64,000 bases of DNA, from the NCBI GenBank assembly GCA_016210045.1, contig JACQUX010000021.1:36125-100124 (forward strand). The letters are read 5' to 3'. Each line of letters opens with the position of its first letter. Within the stretch, counting starts at the first letter, position 1. Under the pieces are notes generated by a model. The model saw only the letters and a list, made by a program, of their open reading frames with translations. It did not search any database and was not told the origin of the DNA. The translations under genes and the position numbers were made by a program. Origin of the DNA: Deltaproteobacteria bacterium. GTDB taxonomy: Bacteria > UBA10199 > GCA-002796325 > JACPFF01. Shown one piece after another: positions 52,601 to 57,900 of the stretch.

Positions 52601-54428
52601 CGACATCCTTGTCCAACCGAACGGCAAGGTCGTCGTGGCCGGCCGCATCCAGGATTTTGGAGTCAATCATCTGGCCGTCGCCCGTTTCACCACGGCTGGG
52701 GCACTGGACACCGGATTCGGTAACAACAACGGGGCCTACGTCCTACCCGACATCGCCACCTTCTATAACACCAGCGCGGCCGACGCCATCGGCCGCCAGA
52801 GCGACGGCTCGCTGGTCGTGGCCGCTCACGCCACCCATGGAGAGGCGTCGTACGCGAAAAGTGTGTTTGCGTTGATCCGTCTCACCTATCAGGGGGAATT
52901 AGACACGTCCTTCGACGACGACGGCATCCTGTTTGCAACTACGGCCGACGGCATAGGTGGCAGTCTGCAAGCCCTCGCGGTGCGCTCCAACGACGCGCTC
53001 GTCGCGTTAGGCACCTCGCGCGTGCCGCACCTCGACGTCTCCGACCCGGAAAATCCGGTCTGGGAGTGGTTGGCCACCGATTCGATCCTCTTCCAATTCG
53101 AGAGCGGCCTGCCGGACAGCGTCGCCGAAGACACCAACGACTATTGCAGCGACACGCTCGATAACGACGCCGACGGCCTGACCGATTGCGATGATAACAA
53201 CTGCATCGGCTCCATCGCGTGCGGCGGCACGGCGGAAGCGGTGGCCTTCACGTCCTATCGCCGACTCGACAGCGCCGACCTCCCCGCCGATCCGCTCGTC
53301 AACAATATCTGGAGCGTCCTCCTCGACGGGACCACCTTGACCCCCGCGACGACGATCACAACGGCCGATGCGCACAGCTATGAACCGCAATGGTCGCCCG
53401 ACGGCACCAAGATCGCATTTTACTCGTCGCGCCACCCCGATGGCAGCGACGCGCTGAACAGTAACTCCATAGCAAACATCTTCGTGATGGATGCGGATGG
53501 CACCAATCTGCTGGCACTCACGGCCACTACGGCCTCCGATACCGGTCATTATCAACCGTCCTGGTCGCCGGATGGGACACAGCTCGCCTTCACCAGCGCC
53601 CAAAATCCGGACGAGAGCAACTCCACCGTCTCCACGCGCAATATCTGGGTCGTCAATGCCGATGGCACCGGGCTCAACGCGCTTACGACGCTCACGAGCT
53701 CCACGGCGCTTTGCTTCACACCACAGTGGTCGCCCGACGGGACCAAGATCCTCTTCAACAGCAACCGCAAACTCGACGGTTCGGACAACCTCACCGACAA
53801 CGGGAATTATAACATCTGGACCGTCGACGCGGACGGCACCGACCCGACGCCCCTCGCAGGCATCGATGTCTCAGCGATCCAACAACAAGATGCGCAGTGG
53901 TCGCCCGACGGAACCGAGATTGTCTTCGTGTCCAATCGCGACATCGACGGATCCGCCGCCCTCAGTCCGAACGGGGCCTATAACCTCTTCGTCATGAACG
54001 CGGATGGAACGGGCTTGACCGCGTTGACCACGACGGAACTCGACGGGGCCGTGCTCCATATGGATCCGCAATGGTCGCCGGATGGCACCAAGATCGTCTT
54101 CGACTCGACGCGGGTGTTGGACGGCTCCGACGCCGCGCTGAACGGCGGCGCAACGATGAACCTGTGGGTCATCAATGCCGATGGGACCAGCCTCACACCA
54201 CTGACCACATCTACCGACGATGGGATCACGAGCGGTCTCCCGCGATGGTCATCTGATGGGGCGTGGATCGTGTTCCAATCGCAGCTCAACCCCGACGATC
54301 CGACGTCGAGCCACGTCAACCCCTCGTGGAACATCTGGGTCATCCAGGCCGGCGGGACCGGATTGGCGCCGCTCACAACGGTCCGCGACGAGTCGATGGA
54401 CAATGAATCCAGCGACCCGTTACCATAA
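40677..54428 (+). CDS. Giant (~4580 aa) multidomain surface lipoprotein/adhesin: N-terminal module, somatomedin-B-like domain, TSP3 repeats, FG-GAP/VCBS repeats, four LamG/ConA-like domains, InlB-B-like repeat, two PD40/TolB-like propellers, delta-60-like repeats
   Basis: Lipobox LLLSAC; DxDxDGxxDxxDNC repeats; DFNxDGxxDL repeats; PQWSPDGxKI repeats; LDTxFxxxG/QxDGKIxVAG repeats; WLxAD..GDIAE(I/V)L repeats. GTG 40677 preferred because the paralogue also begins MTTRT after a G-rich RBS. Confidence 0.9.
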   Translation: MTTRTIRNHSNDRGQTPYSAFIGAALTLLLSACGPITLNTTSTTTETTATTSGDLTISGAFEIPRTANPALHRKQVTTRPRWVKSTDETSATGVCALLDAQFRSIASVATDSDGRYRFSINTTDIIDGHNEQSGGRLTAHVRCTTGATTTQHPIIAMVSVSDTSTAVTTAIAAGASPLEDLRTNTGSTTTSLLLYQGSQTESGAHFNPLTADATTAPAPLAGIGSVLKLAANAITVTDASQTNGASAAMARKAVDANAETSLAANTADESVNFLQTVVAALNTGETLTDGTSPFDVLARLTDPDAVDESLLATIVSTLRDRQIATTAAQIRSASTLLQDVRQTLTVLSESPQILTALDDDPDAAALAVGGILKGSTGTMMRQLTANDTLINVIMTMASQVQTPAKGGGNSMTALLNGFGDLIQPETVVAAAANSDVAQSINAIVMRTLNNAAGIDTRVTKSLGEGLQAKATDAAFWETFTAGEFVDATKIDNFVDFFDVSAQQNLFDTDTSDGQMIDWNALLSTVDYSVDYAALDAGDFSGLTDDWFTSATVEYDLASCTFSGGDWCGGSPGWQWQCGCDDYCTTRGDCCSDKVATCGENTYVHWLIQWGYDPADANGIAMGTTQDSDGDLVVDSNDNCLYDYNPDQADDDSNGIGNICQDSDHDGVRDLADNCPALANGGQYDSDYDGIGNACDDDAALADTDSDGVADDTDNCPNAENADQADFDGDGSGDTCDPDADGDLAYDTYDNCPTLANEQTDTDWDGLGNACDEDDDGDELHDQYDNCPIVDNADQADLDGDGDGDACENDSDGDGVEDVADNCVDTVNADQADIDWDGAGDGCDADIDNDSVPNDEDNCRDTSNIGESSWVMDGDGNWQLVSDPQTDTDTDGIGDACDDDTDGDAVPNTLDNCPLLENTEQADRDADGEGDLCDDADSDNLADNIDNCPESWNSDQTDTDSDGDGDACDDDDDADGVADEGDNCALIGNEDQTDTDSDGQGDDCDSDVDGDGYANAADNCPAAYNDQSNTNVFEDTRFYDTDSAPQTAVRADFNEDGAVDLAVGNFDAASLSLFWGWFSWQMTPADAIPLSDAPTDLFAQDLNNDAHVDLLIIYGAAGSNRMEFRPGNGDGSFGAETVYTSDQVHQFMTPNLADLDGDGDADLVVMDLETNDLLIMPNDGDGAFDTSNAVRYPLDAAPAVLTADVDADGLTDVVANYNDHIGVLRNLGDGTLDSVVASGSFSGLTELIAADFNPDGAIDLIGMDNGSVVLLRNDGTGTFGEAEVLVTPTYLSSFAVGDINSDSALDLVTGYLWTATITVALGNGDGTVTGVGFIENGDNLHPYRLQLADFDSDDETDLLAINRENSSITIARNFGDAIGDACDDSDEDGLMDDVDNCRTVTNVDQLNYDSDTEGNACDTDDDDDEIIDDWDNCATVANAEQTDTDSDGAGDLCDWLSRSESWWTITETSPNSGATLANTLVVFTAAEYMPDSAYDSTPVATFTGTSILTGETWIDIRVEYPSLCSATLYHDDDTTSELSCGYYSGDTEYFSLSGNFAEDVDYLILNHNTDADNDGLYAWQDNCPYAVNGDQADYDSDALGDACDDYDSDGVMDDVDNCREITNIDQEDDNANDVGDYCEDLNENGTTDGNEDSDADGVDDLHDALPADDTEYADTDNDGTGDTADTDDDDDTVADTDDNCVLAANSDQADTNGNGVGNACEPSALTGLMIWLNLDSNYFSNDGDLLSAMADYSGNSLHAWMPEVGSRPTFATNAINGHPAVRFDGIDDWLLIYNTSALATPIVDMFVVMAATGDATNDPVLYVPDDETDYDTWSFGHVSDGVVWANANTREESAWTSAAAAEPALYNFETATHNVRHNGVQILDATGGTVLTSASPPLIIGTDFENYLQGDIAEVMLFNRTLSTSERRSLECYLSEKYELGISFCNDDEDDVWNAVDNCPRTTNAGQDDMDSDGLGDDCDSDMDGDWTEDVSDNCPGLANPTQADGDCDGLGDDCDPESLTVTTADTHGMVSADSGNITACRNGDASTCDDTFVYGSSVSLTATPDAGYVFAGWTGDCSGFSTCDLTMDGTKAVSASFVDPSNLVLFASRRNLNGDPSSASGYYNIWAASSDGSVMTTITNLTLANAQSPQFSPDGTKILFVSNRSITEPYPDEPLAVSNTYNLWLMDPDGTNAAPLTQLTAADTSCYHPRWSPDGTKIIYTSLQALDGTDVVDPSGIENVWVINSDGTGRTPLTTNAASYTDNQEPEWSPDGAQIVFFSRRALNGDDANAGVYNLWLMGSDGTNPQPLTTLTGANAHNYYAAWAPDGTTIYYRSLADISGSDNMGASANIWSIAVGGTNRVALTTFNGASLDIDARAPAISPNGTYIAFVTNQQIADPATGGGSQNIWVMESDGSNATPLTTLTGTGEPHTGNPQWSPDGLQIAYESDGHLDGSDAANAEYTPNIWIMNNDGTGKLPLSNATGDYVAGADSPQWNSYDANDLDRDHADDSTDNCAGLWNYNQLDSDSDGSGNACETDDDNDTITDASDNCPLLNNADQADFDSDGTGDACDSDADGDSVADSIDNCLGLNDADQGDSDGDGEGDPCDVDDDGDSITDVGDVCPNVSDVAQADADTDGVGDACDLNASVAPALWLRADAGITKDGSNLVSIWKDQSGNDYNAAPTVDPELWVDAQLGGKPVIRFDGSTAEGGYQSTLTSALTSPYTIISVHAINAYHNYGAVYYIADSSFGILTGTDAEVPWTRLTNNPSQPTLAIGETGYHLMTTVHYDEAAATYAIDTVSLSTSDYGGANTLTGLCIGGACGGMTMDGDIAEILVFPGALSTADRAAVVCNLSDKYSFGTTGCTDDDADGVREAADNCPTDANPSQTDTDEDGEGNSCDTDDDNDGTLDDDDAFPLDAAETLDTDGDAIGNNADLDDDGDGTDDGSDNCPLVANADQADANGDSTGNTCDFDSDSDGDGYIDAYDAFADNVLEHLDTDGDSDGDNGDTDDDGDTVADTTDNCWFVSNLDQTDTDADGLGDACELSAVGTKTLWLRASDLTSLSDGDPVSTWTDASGAGNDATQTTEERRPTFRTNVVGGKPVIRFDEFDDGLSIADSATYKTPVVQLVLVAKSTSSGRTLIGYPHDTTHTDPYYRWSFGHAGSDAINLRIGSNFEDTTANAGWADMGLYAYETETRNVYHNGTLFYQGTSGEAVTYPNATGLRIGYNADGLENLTGDIAEILLFDQALTALERRTVTCALSTEYTLGLPDCDDDLDHVANGTDNCGAADNPDQADFDGDSIGDACDDDEDGDSVTNDNDNCLSLVNSDQANSDDDASGDACDSDDDGDSVADGSDNCPLLANASQTDTDADTIGDDCDLDLTPALWLRADGGVTKDGSGYVSLWKDQTSLSNDVTEDSSDWQPQRIDGAVNSLPALRFDGIDDRLETATALFLGNDSRSLFAVYKPTNDWQDGSMTTVAGQGGPTDADTQFLLQSNPLGDPYLAWGMSGLSGPERTTAWKIGSADFDNSSGTVRLFKDGTLLTSDTKTFNTNDTPFVIGTKYASWSYSEFFDGDIAEVLVFGGTLTDADRNAVECYLSDKYALALTGCDDGDLDGLRAALDNCPNDANAGQEDADSDGDGDACDTDIDNDGALNADDAFPYDAGETLDTDGDGDGNNLDTDDDGDTSADGSDNCPLVPNQGQEDTDTDGTGDACETYTPALLDTTFDTDGIASIDATDEDQADSPTDVVVQSDGKVLTVGYGPTTGGNYDWLLTNFNTDGSLNTSFNTSGLLRFPVGSGNEEAHGVALQSDGKIIVAGHTMADDWDYALARFNADGTIDTMFGIDGIATGDLVGPSDHDYVQDVVVDASDRIVIAGTTGGYLTVARFMPTGDLDFGFADGGVFQATAYSMTAQGIALDANNEQIYLAGIEYSSADEAWEFAVTCLDFNGNECAGFGTNGHALEQIGTYTEAAVADILVQPNGKVVVAGRIQDFGVNHLAVARFTTAGALDTGFGNNNGAYVLPDIATFYNTSAADAIGRQSDGSLVVAAHATHGEASYAKSVFALIRLTYQGELDTSFDDDGILFATTADGIGGSLQALAVRSNDALVALGTSRVPHLDVSDPENPVWEWLATDSILFQFESGLPDSVAEDTNDYCSDTLDNDADGLTDCDDNNCIGSIACGGTAEAVAFTSYRRLDSADLPADPLVNNIWSVLLDGTTLTPATTITTADAHSYEPQWSPDGTKIAFYSSRHPDGSDALNSNSIANIFVMDADGTNLLALTATTASDTGHYQPSWSPDGTQLAFTSAQNPDESNSTVSTRNIWVVNADGTGLNALTTLTSSTALCFTPQWSPDGTKILFNSNRKLDGSDNLTDNGNYNIWTVDADGTDPTPLAGIDVSAIQQQDAQWSPDGTEIVFVSNRDIDGSAALSPNGAYNLFVMNADGTGLTALTTTELDGAVLHMDPQWSPDGTKIVFDSTRVLDGSDAALNGGATMNLWVINADGTSLTPLTTSTDDGITSGLPRWSSDGAWIVFQSQLNPDDPTSSHVNPSWNIWVIQAGGTGLAPLTTVRDESMDNESSDPLP

Positions 54429-54447
54429 AGAGGTGCGCACTGGCGGC

Positions 54448-54720
54448 ATGAGAAAATTTTGGTTCATATTGGGACTCTGCGGCCTGCTCGCGAGTGTCGC
54501 GGGCTGCAAGGCCGTGGTCACGGAGCCCGATGGCGGCACGACACTCGGCGGCTCGGATTCCGAATTGGGTGGCGCCGGCGCGACCGGCACCGATCAAGAA
54601 AATACCGACGACGGCGGGGAAGTCGTCCCCACGGGAGGAACGCCCACGCCGATCCCGATCGAACTCCCCGGCGCCAGCGAATACGATCGCTCCACCTTCG
54701 ACGCGACCACGATGGAGTAA
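54448..54720 (+). CDS. Small acidic lipoprotein
   Basis: MRKFWFILGLCGLLASVAG|C signal; GAGG RBS; lies between the two giant genes. Confidence 0.7.
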   Translation: MRKFWFILGLCGLLASVAGCKAVVTEPDGGTTLGGSDSELGGAGATGTDQENTDDGGEVVPTGGTPTPIPIELPGASEYDRSTFDATTME

Positions 54721-54942
54721 TTTCCGCGCCCGCATAATGAACACTCGCTGTCGCCCATCAGGTCAATAAGCACTCGATCGCTGCACCACGTGGTAAGCAG
54801 ACACTCCCTGTTTCGTCTGTCAGACAATTCCTACACGCGGAGGTATTGAATCGGGCATGGTATTTTGCCCGCCGCGGGTGGCCGTTCGCTTGCATTGGCA
54901 ACTGGGGTGAGTCTCAGCCCGCATCGGGCCAGGGGGGGCACT

Positions 54943-57900
54943 ATGACAACACGGACCCGCGCTGTTCAGTTGACGTGGTGGCTGGCCATCGGCATTCTCC
55001 TCCCCGCGTGCGGCGCGATTACCGCGAACGCCCCGGCGACCACCAGCACGAACCCCAACGGCATCACGATCACCGGGACCTTCACCCTGCCGACCGGCAC
55101 GCTTGCCGACCTCGGCGCCGGCACGGCGGCCGTGCGCAAGGCCGCGGGCGGCGCCTCGCACAAGGCCGCGACAACCGTCAGCCTCAGCGAAACGGCCGTC
55201 GCCGTTGGCACCTGTGAACTCCTCGACAGCACGTTCGCGGTCCTCGACACGGCCGCGACGCAGGCCGACGGCACCTTTGCGTTCGACGTGCCCCACCTCG
55301 CTGCGCTCCGCGATACGACAAACACGGACGACGCCGCGACGCTCTGCTTTCACCTCCGTTGCGCCGTCGCCACCCCGGACGGGGACCCGATTACGGAAGT
55401 GGCCAGTCATTGCCTCGATCGCGCCACCACGGAAACGGCCTTGCTGGATGCCGACCCCGCCACGGCCCCGCTCGCGGACCTCCCCGTCTCCAACGCGTCG
55501 AGTGTCACCAGCGTACTCGCCTACGCCGACACCGCCTTCAACCCGCTGACCGCCACGGCCGCGACGCCACCGCCGGCCCTGGCCGCGCCGACTCAGTATT
55601 TGCCCGCCCTCGACGCCGCCGTTACTATCGCCGCCACGGCCGGCGACGCCACGGCCACGGCCCAGACCGTCGATGGCTCGCTCGCCTTTCTCCTCGCCGC
55701 CACCGCCGCGTTGAATGACGGCACCCCGCTCGCCGATGGGACCGCCCCGGCCGCCGCCATCGCCCAGCTCTTCACGGCCGATGCGACCACCGCCGCCGCC
55801 ACCCTCGACGTCCTGGCCGCGGCTTTGCAGAACACCGACGGGCTCGGCCACACGACCGCCACGACGTTGCGCGCCGTGACCGCGACGACCGAGGACGTCA
55901 CGGCCGCGGTCGGATTGCTGGCCGCGCATCCGAACTTTGCCGCCGCCCCCCGCACCACCACCGCCCTGCTCGTCGGCGGGCTCATCTTGGGGAGCACGCC
56001 CACCGCGCTCCTCCAGATGGTCGCCACCGACACCAGCATCGGCACGCTCGTGACCTTCGCCACCACCGCCGCGACCGCTGCGGCCCCCACCAGCACCACC
56101 GCCGCGACCCAGGCCACGCATCTCAGCGCCCTGTTCGAACCCGCGCTCGTCCTCGCCGCCGCCCGCAATCCCGCCGCGGCCCAGGCCATGACCGCGATGC
56201 TGACCGAAGTGTTTGCCGCCCCCCGCGTCACCACCGCGACCGTCACCGCGCTCGGCAGCGGCCTCACCGCGCAGGCCGCCAATCCCGCCTTCTGGGGCAC
56301 CCTCGCGACCGACACCACCGCCGACGCCACGGCCATCACCCGGCTCGTCGCGTTTGTCGACCAGGCGCACGCCGCGAACGTCGTCGACACCAATGCCGCG
56401 GACGGCACCACCCTCGATTGGGGCCAACTCTTCACCGCCGTCGACCTCCAGACCGACTGGGCGGCCATGGACGCCGCCACCTTTACCGCCCAGACCAGTG
56501 ACTGGATCGAACAGAGCACCCTGCTCTTCAACACGGCCAGTTGCACCTATGCCGGCGGGAATTTCTGCGGCGGGCTGAACGCCGGCGGCAGCTGCGCCTG
56601 CGACGACGATTGCGTGCCGCGCGGCGACTGTTGCCCAGACAAAGTCGCCACCTGCGGCGCCAACACCTGGGCCACGTTCCTGACGACGTGGCAGGTCGAC
56701 GTGAAAGACACGACCCTCTGGAGCACGACCTTCGCCCCGGCCACGGACGCCGACAGCGACGGCGACGGCGTCGCCGATGCCCAGGACAATTGCGGCTGGT
56801 GGTGGAATCCCGACCAGGCCGACGCCGACGGCAACGGCTTCGGGGATGCGTGCAGCGACACCGATCACGACGGCGCGTTCGACGACTGGGACAATTGCCC
56901 CACGACGTGGAATCCCGACCAAGCCAATACCGACTATTGGGCCGACAGCGCCGGCGATGCCTGCGACCTCGATGCCGACGGCGACGGCACTCCGCGGACC
57001 GCCGACAATTGCCCCGGGCTCTACAATCCGGACCAAACGGACAGCGACGACGACGGCCGCGGCGACGCGTGCGATGGCAAAGACACCGACGGCGACGGCT
57101 GGCTCGACAGCTGGGACAACTGCCCGCGCGTGGATAACCCGGACCAAATGAATACGGATTATTGGGCCGATGCCGACGGCGATGCCTGTGACGCCGATGA
57201 TGACGGCGACGCGGTCGCCGACACGCACGACAACTGCCCCGTCTATTGGAATGCCGACCAGACCGACACCGACGACGACGGCGAGGGTGATTGGTGCGAT
57301 GGGAGCGATAGCGATCAGGACGGCTGGCTCGATCTGTATGACAATTGCGCCACCGCCCCGAACCTCGATCAGGCCGACAGCAACTGGGACGGCGAGGGCG
57401 ATGCCTGCGACAGCGACGACGACGGCGACGGCGTCGCGGACGCGAGTGACAACTGCCGCCTCGCCTGGAACCTCGAGCAAACCGACAGCGATGGCAACGG
57501 GCGCGGCGACGCCTGCGACGGCACCGATACCGACGGCGACGGCTGGATTGACGTCTCCGACAACTGCGACACGGTCAAGAATCCGGACCAGCTCGACAGC
57601 AACTGGGACGGCGAGGGTGATGCCTGCGACAGCGACGACGACGGCGACGGCGTCGCGGACGCCACGGACACATGCCGGTTGGCCTGGAACGCCGATCAAG
57701 CGGACGCGGACGGCAACGGGCTCGGCGATGCCTGCGACGGGACCGATACGGACGGCGACGGCTGGATCGATAGCGCTGACAACTGCGACACGGTCTCGAA
57801 CCTCGATCAAGTGAACACCGACTACTGGGCCGATGCCGCCGGCGATGCCTGCGACGACGATGACGACGGCGACGACGTGGCGGATAGCCACGACACCTGC

